Part shown: piece by piece, positions 18,185 through 27,141 of the stretch | How the letters are laid out: each line of letters opens with the position of its first letter | How positions within the stretch are numbered: the stretch's first letter is position 1 | Origin: Desulfobulbus propionicus DSM 2032 | Lineage (GTDB): Bacteria > Desulfobacterota > Desulfobulbia > Desulfobulbales > Desulfobulbaceae | Assembly: GCF_000186885.1 (NCBI RefSeq) | Contig: NC_014972.1 | Location: 2,520,001-2,552,000 of the forward strand | Reading direction: 5' to 3' | DNA: 32,000 nucleotides | Translations under genes and position numbers: made by a program | Notes under the pieces: generated by a model | The model's input: the letters and a program-made list of their open reading frames with translations, nothing else | Told to the model about the DNA's origin: nothing | Database searches by the model: none

Positions 18185-18624
18185 TGAAACCTTTCACCAT
18201 GCATGCGGTCCTCAACTACCGGCGGCAGCTGGAGGATGCTGCGCAAAAACAGCTTTTTCGCGCCCTGGAAGTCGAGGCCCGGCTCCAGGAGGCTTTGGTG
18301 CGGGTAGAAGAGGAATTGGCCGCGCTCTATTATGGCTTGCAGCGGGAACAGAAACAGGGAACCACGGTCGACCGGCTGGTGCTGTTCAATCAGAGAATCG
18401 ATCTGGTCAAGGCCCAGGTTGAACGGCGCAGAACCGAATTGCAGAAACAACAGGTCCAGGTCGCCAAAAAACGGCAGCATTTGATCAAGACCAGCAAGGA
18501 CCGGAAAATCATCGAAAAACTCGAGGAACAGCAAAATGCCGCGTACAGACAATATATTGACAAAAAAGAAGCCGGCATGCTCGACGAGATTGCCGTGCTC
18601 TCCCATGAACGCAGGCGCCCCTAG
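18184..18624 (+). CDS. fliJ: Flagellar export protein FliJ
   Basis: About 146 aa, all-helical coiled-coil: 'HAVLNYRRQLEDAAQKQLFRALEVEARLQEAL...EEQQNAAYRQYIDKKEAGMLDEIAVLSHERRRP'; directly after fliI. Confidence 0.88.
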   Translation: MKPFTMHAVLNYRRQLEDAAQKQLFRALEVEARLQEALVRVEEELAALYYGLQREQKQGTTVDRLVLFNQRIDLVKAQVERRRTELQKQQVQVAKKRQHLIKTSKDRKIIEKLEEQQNAAYRQYIDKKEAGMLDEIAVLSHERRRP

Positions 18625-19183
18625 CACCGACTGGCACCGCTGTGCGCGGACATGCCGCTTCTTGGCCGTGTCGTTCGCCGCTCAACTCCTTGTGGCCATT
18701 GGTTTGTTGCATCCAGCAGCCGGCCAGGAACAGGCCGCGACCGAGGCCCCTGCGAAAACGCAGCAGGATCAGCAGTATGGCTCGGTGGAAGAACGGCGGA
18801 TCATGGAATCCCTGCAGGCCGGAGGCGCCTCCCCCTTTGCCCGCGAGCGCGACGAGCTGGACAACAAGAAAAAGGAACTAAAGAGATTGGAAAGCGAAGT
18901 CGATAAGAAAATCGAACAGCTCAACCAACTCCGGGTGCGAATCGAAAAGCTCCTCGAACAAAAGGATGCGGAAGAGCAGAAGCGGACCCTGGAACTCGCC
19001 AAGATGTACGAAAAAATGACTGCGGACAAGGCCGCCATGGTCCTTGGCACGGTCGATCAGGAACTCGCGATTTCCATTCTTGCCAAGATGAAGACCAAAT
19101 CCGCCGCCAAAATCCTCAGCAACATGGAACGGGACAAGGCGGCCAAATTAACCACAGCCTTTTCAACCCTGGATACCCGGTAA
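18605..19183 (+). CDS. MotE-like flagellar protein (signal/TM anchor, coiled coil, MgtE_N-like C-terminal domain)
   Basis: 'MYEKMTADKAAMVLGTVDQELAISILAKMKTKSAAKILSNMERDKAAKLTTAF' after a long coiled coil; lies between fliJ and fliK. Start placed at ATG 18605, overlapping fliJ. Confidence 0.75.
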   Translation: MNAGAPSTDWHRCARTCRFLAVSFAAQLLVAIGLLHPAAGQEQAATEAPAKTQQDQQYGSVEERRIMESLQAGGASPFARERDELDNKKKELKRLESEVDKKIEQLNQLRVRIEKLLEQKDAEEQKRTLELAKMYEKMTADKAAMVLGTVDQELAISILAKMKTKSAAKILSNMERDKAAKLTTAFSTLDTR

Positions 19184-19189
19184 AACCCT

Positions 19190-20884
19190 ATGCACGCTCT
19201 TGCCCCTGTCCCTGTCGAACTGATGCCAACCGGTCAAGCGGCCGCATCGTCTCCCTCGACAGGACAGGAAGGCCTTTTCGCCTCCCACTTGAGAACAGCC
19301 AGCCAAAGCAAGGGGATGGTAACTGATCGACAAAGCGACAACACCGTGCAAGGAACTGAAATTCCTACCGCCGGTGAAACGGCAGGGAATGCCGCTGCCC
19401 CCCCCGTTGCTCTTGCCGACAACGGCGGACGGAGCGCTGTTGCCACGGATAACGAGATCAGCGAAAAAGAGGCAAACCAGGTGAGCAATTCCGGAGGGGG
19501 ACAATTCTCCGCTGAGGCAGTCCTGCTGCAAGGAACAGCTTGGCCGGAACCAACCCCTCGCTCTATTGTGCAAAGTCTTGCCGAATCCTTGGGAACGACC
19601 ATACCGGATGCACACGAACGCATCTCGGCCGGTCGTGTTCACGAATCCACCGTCGGGCGCATGTTGCAGGGGCTGTCGCAGGACCCTTCGCCTTTTCAGA
19701 CAGCCGCCTCGACATCAGCGACGGTTTCCCAAAAGGACGGAACTGCCTCAACCAGTGGACCACTACCAGCTCAGCACATCGGTCCTGATGCCAACACCTC
19801 CCCCATCAGCTCCACGACAGCGGCCTTGCTGGGCCTGCAATCGGCCGGCAACAGCAATGCATCCGCTGCCGCCATTGGCTTGAGCCGCGGGGGGCAAACC
19901 AGCGGGCCTCTGCCAGCTCAGCGCACCGGTCCTGATACCAACACCTCCCCCATCCAACTGGGAGCTGGGATACTGCCAGACGCGGCCAATCAGACCGGGG
20001 CCGCCCAACCAAATGGGCCGCAGATGATCCAGAATCAGTATGGCCAAGTCATTACCATCTATCAGGGGACCGGTAACGAGGAAGAGGCCGGCGTGAGCGG
20101 CAGCCCGGGAACAACGACCGCCACTGGGACGGAAAGCAAAAACCTAGATTTCAAGAACAATTACATCCACTCCCATCTCCCCAACGAAGCGCCGCAAAAT
20201 GCGGCCGCCCAGGGAGAGTCCCGGCAAACCGACAATTCAGCCCTTGATCAGCAGCCGGAAATAAGCAATGCCCTGAACACCGAGACAGATGCGGCTGCAA
20301 CCATGGAATCGTTGCAGCCGCAAAAAGGGCCCATGACCTTCGGCCAGGACAACCTGCCGTTCATGGTTTCCCCGCAACGGCCAACCAGCCAGCCCGGCTT
20401 CACCCATGCAGCGATGGAGCCGCCGATGTACCGCCTGCCTTCCGGGACCGTTGTCCCTGAAGGAACTGTGGTCGAGCAGATGGTCGCCCATCTGTCGGTG
20501 AACAAACGCCTTGAAACCGGCACCGTCAATCTCAGGCTCCATCCTCAGGAACTGGGGGAATTACGGCTGGAAATCAAGGTGGAACAGGACAATATCAAGG
20601 CTCATATTGTTGCCCAGAATCCCCAGGCCCAGGAAATGATCGACCGCCATCTGCCTCGCCTGCGTGAGGCTCTGGAGCAGCAGGGGTTGAATCTCCAGCA
20701 GGTGGAAGTCACCGTCGCCGCCAACGACAACACCCGCGGAGAACAGTTTCAGGAAAACAGCACCTGGCAGCAACCCAGCCGGTCCCCGCGCAACAGGATG
20801 GATGCACGATTCACCCTTGAAATGGATGAAAATTTCCCCAAAGAACCAGAAGCAACCACCAGCAATCTGAGTGTCGTCGCGTAA
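19190..20884 (+). CDS. fliK: Flagellar hook-length control protein FliK
   Basis: 564 aa; low-complexity N-terminal two-thirds, C-terminal 'LETGTVNLRLHPQELGELRLEIKVEQDNIKAHIVAQNPQAQEMIDRHLPRLREALEQQGLNLQQVEV' Flg_hook domain. Confidence 0.92.
   Translation: MHALAPVPVELMPTGQAAASSPSTGQEGLFASHLRTASQSKGMVTDRQSDNTVQGTEIPTAGETAGNAAAPPVALADNGGRSAVATDNEISEKEANQVSNSGGGQFSAEAVLLQGTAWPEPTPRSIVQSLAESLGTTIPDAHERISAGRVHESTVGRMLQGLSQDPSPFQTAASTSATVSQKDGTASTSGPLPAQHIGPDANTSPISSTTAALLGLQSAGNSNASAAAIGLSRGGQTSGPLPAQRTGPDTNTSPIQLGAGILPDAANQTGAAQPNGPQMIQNQYGQVITIYQGTGNEEEAGVSGSPGTTTATGTESKNLDFKNNYIHSHLPNEAPQNAAAQGESRQTDNSALDQQPEISNALNTETDAAATMESLQPQKGPMTFGQDNLPFMVSPQRPTSQPGFTHAAMEPPMYRLPSGTVVPEGTVVEQMVAHLSVNKRLETGTVNLRLHPQELGELRLEIKVEQDNIKAHIVAQNPQAQEMIDRHLPRLREALEQQGLNLQQVEVTVAANDNTRGEQFQENSTWQQPSRSPRNRMDARFTLEMDENFPKEPEATTSNLSVVA
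19751..19954 (+). repeat. Imperfect in-frame direct repeat inside fliK (57-bp copies at 19751-19807 and 19898-19954)
   Basis: accagtggaccactaccagctcagcacatcggtcctgatgccaacacctcccccatc versus accagcgggcctctgccagctcagcgcaccggtcctgataccaacacctcccccatc; 7 differences in 57, offset 147 bp (49 codons). Encodes TSGPLPAQHIGPDANTSPI and TSGPLPAQRTGPDTNTSPI. Confidence 0.9.
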
Positions 20885-20899
20885 ATACAGGAGACCGTC

Positions 20900-21580
20900 A
20901 TGGCTACCGTTGAAGGAGTGAGCTCATCGACCTCGACAACGACAACAGCGACCAGCAAAGCCCTGGGGCAGGATGACTTTCTCACCCTGCTGGTTGCCCA
21001 GTTGCAGAACCAGGATCCAATGAATCCAGCCGATGCCACGGAATTTACGGCCCAACTGGCTCAGTACAGCCAGCTGGAACAGCTGTTCAACCTCAACGAC
21101 GCGATGGATGAACTCACCAGCGCCACCACGGAATCGCAAAACATTTCGACCCTGAGCCTGATTGGCCAGGATGTGGTGGTCGAGGGGGCCAAGTTCACCC
21201 TCGGAGAGGCGCCGGTGCAGATCGGCTATAAAGTGGACGGCTCGGTTTCCGGTTTAAGTATTTTTATCAAGAACAGCTCGGGTAAAACCGTTGCCACCCT
21301 TTCCGCGAGCGATCTTGGCGAAGGAAATCATTTTCTCACCTGGGACGGCAAGGATGCGAATGGCAAGGCCTTGGATGCCGGCACCTACTCCATGGAGCTC
21401 AACGCCAAGAGCACGGATACCAGCGCCACGGTAACGCCGCTGATCCGCTCCACAGTGACGGGAGTGGATCTCAGCGGCAGCGAACCCATGGTGGTCACTG
21501 GATCGGGGCAGTACAGGGTGTCAGCGGTGTACGGCGCCTATGACAGCGACCAAGGCGCTCTCGACAGCAGCGCGGAATGA
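20900..21580 (+). CDS. flgD: Flagellar hook capping/assembly protein FlgD
   Basis: 'ALGQDDFLTLLVAQLQNQDPMNPADATEFTAQLAQYSQLEQLFNLNDAMDEL' is the FlgD N-terminal signature. Confidence 0.96.
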   Translation: MATVEGVSSSTSTTTTATSKALGQDDFLTLLVAQLQNQDPMNPADATEFTAQLAQYSQLEQLFNLNDAMDELTSATTESQNISTLSLIGQDVVVEGAKFTLGEAPVQIGYKVDGSVSGLSIFIKNSSGKTVATLSASDLGEGNHFLTWDGKDANGKALDAGTYSMELNAKSTDTSATVTPLIRSTVTGVDLSGSEPMVVTGSGQYRVSAVYGAYDSDQGALDSSAE

Positions 21581-21661
21581 TACCGGTCTGCAATGAACGA
21601 CCTATCTCTGACGCAATGGACGGCGCGGGGATAATTGAGGAGAAGAGGACAACACGGTGTT

Positions 21662-21677
21662 CGGCGCTTGCCGTGCA
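21662..21677 (+). promoter_or_regulatory. Weak sigma-54 promoter candidate upstream of flgE
   Basis: CGGCGC-TTGCC-GTGCA keeps the invariant GG-N10-GC but has 3 mismatches in 11; lies in the 157-bp flgD-flgE gap. Confidence 0.3.
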
Positions 21678-21737
21678 TGATTCTCCAGTCTGACCACAAC
21701 CAATTATCCAATACAGACCAACCATGCGGAGGTTGTC

Positions 21738-23042
21738 ATGGGTATTCAAAGTGCATTATACAGCGGAGTCAGCGGACTCAACACCAACTCCCAGGCCATG
21801 AGCGTTATCGGCAACAACCTGGCCAACACCAACACCCTTGGATTCAAGGGGTCGCGCAGTATCTTCTCCGATCTCCTGTCCAGCAATGTGTTCGGCTCCG
21901 GCGGCACCTCCCAGGTCGGTCGCGGCGTGGGACTCTCCATCGTGGACAGTATTTACAGCCAGGGAACCTTTGAAACCACCTCTTCGGACACCGACGTGGC
22001 CATTGAGGGGGTCGGCTTTTTTGTGCTCAAGGAAGCAGGCAACGACACCGCCTATTACAGCCGGGCCGGCGCGTTCCGTTTCGACGACGAAGGCTATCTG
22101 GTCAACCCGGAAGGGTTCAGGGTCCAGGGCAAACTGTTCGATCCCACCAACAACTCCACACTGCTCCCCATGGATCCCACGGACATCCAGGTGGCCAATG
22201 TCGGCCTGATCGAGGCCAACCCGACCTCGGAACTGACCTTCACCACCAACCTGGACGAAAACTCCACGGTCATCAGTTCCGCTACCCCGATTGATCCCAA
22301 CAACAACGCCACCTACAACTATTCCGCCTCGAGCCAGATTTTCGACTCCCTGGGAGAGTCGCACCTGATCACCGTGTACTGGCGCTTGGTCAACGATGCG
22401 ACCAATACCTGGGAAGCCGCCTACACCATCGACAACGACGCGGCAACGATCACCGCCATCACCGACTTTGACGCCTCGACCGCGGGTAACCAGGCCATGT
22501 CCTTCGACAATATCGGCAAAGCCCCCGACACCAACGGCGACGGCGTTCCCGACCCCTTTACCACCACGGTCGGGCCGATCACCTGGGCCAACGGCGCGGC
22601 CACCTCGACCATTGAACTCTCCTTTGACTGCACCCAGTACGACAGCGATTCGATCGTCATCGGCCAGCAACAAAACGGCTATGCGGCCGGAGAACTGACC
22701 AACGTGTCGATCAACTCCGAGGGCGTGGTGGTGGCCTCCTATTCCAACGGCCGCCAGATCAACATTTCCCAGCTGGTGTTGGCCAAATTCCAGAACCCCG
22801 GCGGCCTGAAGCTGGCGGGAGCCAATCGCTACATCGCTCCCGCCGAGGCTGGCACCATCCGGGTTGGCCTGCCCGGACCGGAACTGGGCAAACTCTTCAC
22901 CAACTCCCTCGAACAATCCAACGTCGACATGGGCCAGGAATTCGTCAAGATGATCACCACCCAACGCGGCTTTCAGGCCAACTCCAAGATCATCACCACC
23001 GTCGACGAAATGCTGAGCGAACTGATCAACCTCAAACGGTAA
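21738..23042 (+). CDS. flgE: Flagellar hook protein FlgE
   Basis: 434 aa; 'MGIQSALYSGVSGLNTNSQAMSVIGNNLANTNTLGFKGSRSIFSDLL' and C-terminal 'LFTNSLEQSNVDMGQEFVKMITTQRGFQANSKIITTVDEMLSELINLKR'. Confidence 0.97.
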   Translation: MGIQSALYSGVSGLNTNSQAMSVIGNNLANTNTLGFKGSRSIFSDLLSSNVFGSGGTSQVGRGVGLSIVDSIYSQGTFETTSSDTDVAIEGVGFFVLKEAGNDTAYYSRAGAFRFDDEGYLVNPEGFRVQGKLFDPTNNSTLLPMDPTDIQVANVGLIEANPTSELTFTTNLDENSTVISSATPIDPNNNATYNYSASSQIFDSLGESHLITVYWRLVNDATNTWEAAYTIDNDAATITAITDFDASTAGNQAMSFDNIGKAPDTNGDGVPDPFTTTVGPITWANGAATSTIELSFDCTQYDSDSIVIGQQQNGYAAGELTNVSINSEGVVVASYSNGRQINISQLVLAKFQNPGGLKLAGANRYIAPAEAGTIRVGLPGPELGKLFTNSLEQSNVDMGQEFVKMITTQRGFQANSKIITTVDEMLSELINLKR

Positions 23043-23073
23043 GCGGACAGTTAAAAGTCATTTTTCCGACACG

Positions 23074-23115
23074 CGGCTGCTTCGATCAGACGATCGGGGC
23101 AGCCGTTCTTTGTTT
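23074..23115 (+). terminator. Intrinsic terminator after flgE
   Basis: CGGCTGC (23074-23080) ... GCAGCCG (23099-23105) stem followed by the T-rich run TTCTTTGTTT. Confidence 0.65.
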
Positions 23116-23177
23116 CCCGCTTCCGTTTCTTCCCCTATTTTTCCGCACCTTGGCGATCTCACTCTCAACGCGTACCC

Positions 23178-23193
23178 TGGCATTTTACTTGCT
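23178..23193 (+). promoter_or_regulatory. Sigma-54 promoter upstream of motA
   Basis: TGGCAT-TTTAC-TTGCT: 10 of 11 matches to TGGCAC-N5-TTGCW, exact GG-N10-GC; sits between the flgE terminator and the motA start. Confidence 0.75.
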
Positions 23194-23286
23194 AACTTGC
23201 CATTGATCAGGATATTCGGTACACTCTGCCTACCGGGTGCGCTGCTTGCTCCTGTCCATTTTTCTTGAGCTAAAAGGATTACACGC

Positions 23287-24051
23287 GTGGATATAGCAAC
23301 CATAATCGGTATCGTGGTTTCCTTCGGTTTGATGATCTGGGCCATTCTCATGGGCGGGCCGCTCAGCATCTTTATCGATGTCCCCTCGATCGCCATTGTT
23401 TTCGGCGGCACCGCCGGCGTGGCCCTGATCAATTTTCCCCTGGCCGATGTGATCGGCACCATCGCCATCTTCAAAAAAACCGTTTTCATCAAAGAAGCCG
23501 AAACCAACAAGATCATTGTCCAGATGCTGGAATTCGCCAACAAGGCGCGCAAGGGCGGCATCCTTTCCCTGCAGGATCAGATTGATTCCATCGACGACAA
23601 ATTCATGGTCAAGGCCCTGCAGATGGCGGTCGACGGCCAGGAGCCCGCCGAACTCAAGGCGATGCTGCTCAACGAAATCGACAATATCGCGGCCCGGCAC
23701 AGCAATGGCGCGCAAATTCTCGATACCATGGGAGCCATTGCCCCAGCCATGGGCATGGTCGGCACCCTGATCGGCCTGGTGCAGATGTTGCAAAACATGA
23801 GCGATCCGGCCGCCATCGGCCCGGCCATGGCCGTGGCCCTGCTCACCACTTTTTACGGGGCGGTATTGGCCAATGTCCTGTTCATTCCCATGGCCGGCAA
23901 ACTGAAAACCCGGTCAAAGACCGAGGTATTGCAAAAAACGATGATCACCGAAGGCATGGAATCGATTCTTTCCGGTGAAAATCCCCGGGTGATGGAACAG
24001 CGGCTGCACACCTATCTGGCGCCGAAAAAACGCGAGTCGGTGTTCAAGTAA
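23287..24051 (+). CDS. motA: Flagellar motor stator protein MotA
   Basis: 254 aa, GTG start; 'FIDVPSIAIVFGGTAGVALINFP', 'GAIAPAMGMVGTLIGLVQMLQNMSDPAAIGPAMAVALLTTFYGAVLANVLFIPMAGKLK'. Confidence 0.97.
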   Translation: MDIATIIGIVVSFGLMIWAILMGGPLSIFIDVPSIAIVFGGTAGVALINFPLADVIGTIAIFKKTVFIKEAETNKIIVQMLEFANKARKGGILSLQDQIDSIDDKFMVKALQMAVDGQEPAELKAMLLNEIDNIAARHSNGAQILDTMGAIAPAMGMVGTLIGLVQMLQNMSDPAAIGPAMAVALLTTFYGAVLANVLFIPMAGKLKTRSKTEVLQKTMITEGMESILSGENPRVMEQRLHTYLAPKKRESVFK

Positions 24052-24066
24052 GCAAAGAGGGCAACC

Positions 24067-24813
24067 ATGGCAAAAGAACCCGAATGTCCGCCGCCCGGCC
24101 TGCCGATGTGGATGGCCACCTACAGCGACCTGGTGACCCTACTGCTCACCTTTTTCGTCCTGTTGCTGACCATGGCCAGCATGGACCCGACCAAATTCGA
24201 GCAGGCCAAAACCTCGATCAAGGATGCCTTCGGCTGGCGCACCACCGCGGCCCCGGTTCCCTTTTCTTTGCCCATATTGCCCTCGCCGCCCAAGGCGAAA
24301 TTCACGCCCATCCCCCGGGAAACGGCCGTGCCCCGCTTCAAGCGCATTAAAAACGATCTGGAACTGGCCAAATTGCAAGCCCAGGTGGAAGCCGTGCAAC
24401 AAGACAACGATTCCATCATCCTGCGCATTCATGAATCCGTCCTCTTCGATGAGGGGCAGGCCACGCTCAATCCCGCATCCTATCCCATCCTCCGCAAGGT
24501 GGCCGATATTATCCGCCCTTTGCCGATGAGCATGCGCATCGAGGGACATACCGATTCCACCCCCATGGCCGGCGCCACAACCTCCAACTGGGATCTGTCG
24601 GTGGCGCGGGCGGTCGCGGTGATGAGCTTTTATCACCGCGGTGAACTGTTTGCCCTGGATCGCATGTCCGCCGCCGGTTATGGCGACACCCGCCCGCTGG
24701 CGCCCAACACCACCAAGGACAACATGGCGAAAAACCGTCGGGTTGATTTTGTGTTGCGCAGCAATCGCACCGTGGCAGAGGACAGCAAACCAGTCACCCC
24801 CATCCCCTTCTGA
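24067..24813 (+). CDS. motB: Flagellar motor stator protein MotB
   Basis: 'GLPMWMATYSDLVTLLLTFFVLLLTMASMD' (plug/TM with the conserved Asp) and OmpA-like 'MRIEGHTDSTPMAG...NWDLSVARAVAVMSF'. Confidence 0.96.
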   Translation: MAKEPECPPPGLPMWMATYSDLVTLLLTFFVLLLTMASMDPTKFEQAKTSIKDAFGWRTTAAPVPFSLPILPSPPKAKFTPIPRETAVPRFKRIKNDLELAKLQAQVEAVQQDNDSIILRIHESVLFDEGQATLNPASYPILRKVADIIRPLPMSMRIEGHTDSTPMAGATTSNWDLSVARAVAVMSFYHRGELFALDRMSAAGYGDTRPLAPNTTKDNMAKNRRVDFVLRSNRTVAEDSKPVTPIPF

Positions 24814-24841
24814 AAAAAACTTTGCCCTCAAGGACGAGATC

Positions 24842-25360
24842 ATGGCGGAAAAAGAAGAAAAAAAGGACGAAACCGCAAAAGGCGGCAAAAAAAAGCTGAT
24901 CATCATCATTGCGGCCGCGTTGGTCCTGTTGTTGGCGGCCGGCGGCGGCGCCTACTATTTTTTGGTCTATAAGCCGCACCAGGAAGAACTGAAGCGCAAG
25001 CAGGAAGAGGCGAGCAAGGCCGAAGCCCTGATCAAACCGGTACCCGAAGAAGCGAAGATCGGCCCCATGGTGGAAATCAAGGAATTCATCGTCAACATCA
25101 TCAGTGAAGACACCCCCCATTACGTCAAGGCTTCGCTTTCCCTGGAACTGGACAAGGACGCCACGCTCGATGAGGTCAACAAGCGCATGCCGCAGATCCG
25201 CGATGCCATTCTGCTGCTCATTGGCAACAAGACCTTTGAGGAGTTGCAGGACATCCAGGGCAAAAATCAGGTCAAGGCCGAGTTGAAAAGCAAGATCAAC
25301 TCCTTTCTCAAAACCGGCAAGGTCAACAACGTCTATTTGACCGATTTTGTGGTGCAGTGA
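24842..25360 (+). CDS. fliL: Flagellar basal body-associated protein FliL
   Basis: N-terminal TM, 'PMVEIKEFIVNIISEDTPHYVKASLSLELDKDATLDEVNKRMPQIRDAILLLIGNKTFEELQDIQGKNQVKAELKSKINSFL'. Start at ATG 24842, not the track's 24641. Confidence 0.93.
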   Translation: MAEKEEKKDETAKGGKKKLIIIIAAALVLLLAAGGGAYYFLVYKPHQEELKRKQEEASKAEALIKPVPEEAKIGPMVEIKEFIVNIISEDTPHYVKASLSLELDKDATLDEVNKRMPQIRDAILLLIGNKTFEELQDIQGKNQVKAELKSKINSFLKTGKVNNVYLTDFVVQ

Positions 25361-26394
25361 GTGCCGTGGAACCGATCCTCAGCAAGGCGGAAATAGCAGA
25401 CCTCCTGGCGGCCATCAAGTCCGGCAGGGTCTCGACCGAACTGGTGGAAGACGGTCGAGCCGTTAGCCACCGCTTGCTGCATGCCGCCGAGATCGATCTG
25501 TTTCGCACCTACGAGCGGACCAGGGGCAGCGGGGAAATGCGCGTGCCCAACCTCGACATCGTGCTCGACAGTTTTGCCCGCAAGTTTTCCACCAGCCTGA
25601 CCAATACCCTGATGCGCAACTTCATCGTCGAACGGGAAGACATCACCACCACCAACTTTCAACAGAGCCTGCTGGATCTCAAGAGCCAAGGCGCTGTCGG
25701 CATTTACGGCATTTCTCCGCTCAAACACGGCTGCCTGTTCCATTTCGATACCCTCATGGCCTTCACCTTGCTGGAGATCATGCTCGGTTCTTCCCGGTCG
25801 AGCGAGTCACTGCCCCTGGACCGTAACCTGACCACCATCGAGATGTTTGTTCTCAAGACCATCATGCAGGACATCTGCAACGAACTGCAGACCGCCATGC
25901 GCCCGGTGGTTGAGTTGCAGGCCCAGCTCACCAAGGTCGAGAACAATTTCCGCCTGGTCAACATCGTCGAACCGGAAGTCGAGGTCCTGGTCACCCGTTT
26001 CAATATCCAGCTGGGCAACGAACTGTGCGGGCAGATGCGGCTGATCATCCCGTACCTCACCCTGGAACCGCTTCGGGAAAAATTCAAGGCCCTGGTCACC
26101 ATCACCCAGGCAGCCGCCAACACCTGGACCGAAATCATCGCCCGCGAAACCCTGGAGATGGAAAGCCAGGTCATCGCCAGATCCGGCCTGATCACCATGA
26201 CCATCCGCCGCATCCTCGGCCTGCAGCCGGGCGACATCATCGATTTGCAGTACGATCCGGATCGGCCCCTGACCGTGCTGGTCGAGGATCAACCCCTCTT
26301 TCTCGCCATCCCCGGGGAGCGTAACGGCAAGAAAGCCTTCCACGTCACCGGCCGCTACACCACCCAACTAGGAGGCATCCATGGCAGCGCCTGA
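25357..26394 (+). CDS. fliM: Flagellar motor switch protein FliM
   Basis: 345 aa; begins 'EPILSKAEIADLLAAI'; 'LSGEM'-like 'SGEMRVPNLDIVLDSFARKFSTSLTNTLMRNFIVE', C-terminal SpoA-like domain; overlaps the fliL stop (GTGA). Confidence 0.96.
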   Translation: MSAVEPILSKAEIADLLAAIKSGRVSTELVEDGRAVSHRLLHAAEIDLFRTYERTRGSGEMRVPNLDIVLDSFARKFSTSLTNTLMRNFIVEREDITTTNFQQSLLDLKSQGAVGIYGISPLKHGCLFHFDTLMAFTLLEIMLGSSRSSESLPLDRNLTTIEMFVLKTIMQDICNELQTAMRPVVELQAQLTKVENNFRLVNIVEPEVEVLVTRFNIQLGNELCGQMRLIIPYLTLEPLREKFKALVTITQAAANTWTEIIARETLEMESQVIARSGLITMTIRRILGLQPGDIIDLQYDPDRPLTVLVEDQPLFLAIPGERNGKKAFHVTGRYTTQLGGIHGSA

Positions 26395-26761
26395 TGTTCT
26401 GGAACCGCAGAGGTCCAACACCCTGAACACCGAGGAAACAGCCGAACTGCTCAAAGAAGAGCAGCCCCAACCGGCTGGCCGCGGCGACCATGCTCCCCTG
26501 ACCAGGGAGTTGGAATTCCTGTTCGACGTCCCGCTGCAAGTATCGGTGGAAGTGGGCCGTGCCCGGATTCTGCTCAAGGATCTGCTGCAAATGGGGGAAG
26601 GATACGTGGTCGAATTGGACAAGCTGGCCGGCGAACCCCTGGACCTGTACGTCAACGCCCGCTTGATCGCCAGGGGAGAGGCCGTCAAGGTAGGCGACAA
26701 GTTCGGCATCAAACTGACCGAGGTGGTCAGCCAATCGGACCGGATCGAGAACCTGGGTTGA
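26381..26761 (+). CDS. fliN: Flagellar motor switch protein FliN
   Basis: 126 aa; 'EFLFDVPLQVSVEVGRARILLKDLLQMGEGYVVELDKLAGEPLDLYVNARLIARGEAVKVGDKFGIKLTEVV'. Confidence 0.97.
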   Translation: MAAPDVLEPQRSNTLNTEETAELLKEEQPQPAGRGDHAPLTRELEFLFDVPLQVSVEVGRARILLKDLLQMGEGYVVELDKLAGEPLDLYVNARLIARGEAVKVGDKFGIKLTEVVSQSDRIENLG

Positions 26762-26763
26762 TC

Positions 26764-27141
26764 ATGCGCTGGTCATCCGCCCTTCTCTTCCTCACCGTGC
26801 TGCCGGCGACGGCCCGGGCCGCCGAGTCCGCATCCATGGGCGCCGCCATGCTGCAGATGAGCTGGGCCCTGTTGGTGGTGGTGGGCCTGATTCTCGCGGT
26901 GTACGCTCTGGCCCGCAAACGAATGCTGCTGGGAAAAATCGGCGGCAGGGCCATCACCGTGGTCGAACTGCGGCCGCTGCTGCCCAAAACGACCTTGGCC
27001 CTGATCGAGGTCCGTGGCCGGGAGTATCTGCTGGGCATCAGCGCCAACAACATCCAGCTGCTGGCCGATCTCTCCGATCCACCGAAAAATCCGGAGCGGG
27101 CCGCTGCGGACTTCGAAACCGTGCTGGCACAGACGCAATGA
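26764..27141 (+). CDS. fliO: Flagellar biosynthetic protein FliO
   Basis: Single TM followed by 'LLGKIGGRAITVVELRPLLPKTTLALIEVRGREYLLGISANNIQLLADL'; between fliN and fliP. Confidence 0.88.
   Translation: MRWSSALLFLTVLPATARAAESASMGAAMLQMSWALLVVVGLILAVYALARKRMLLGKIGGRAITVVELRPLLPKTTLALIEVRGREYLLGISANNIQLLADLSDPPKNPERAAADFETVLAQTQ

Noticed and set aside
21756-22964. 402-aa open frame antisense to flgE
   Set aside because: Antisense shadow of a clear flgE; Gly/Val/His-rich with no recognisable motif.
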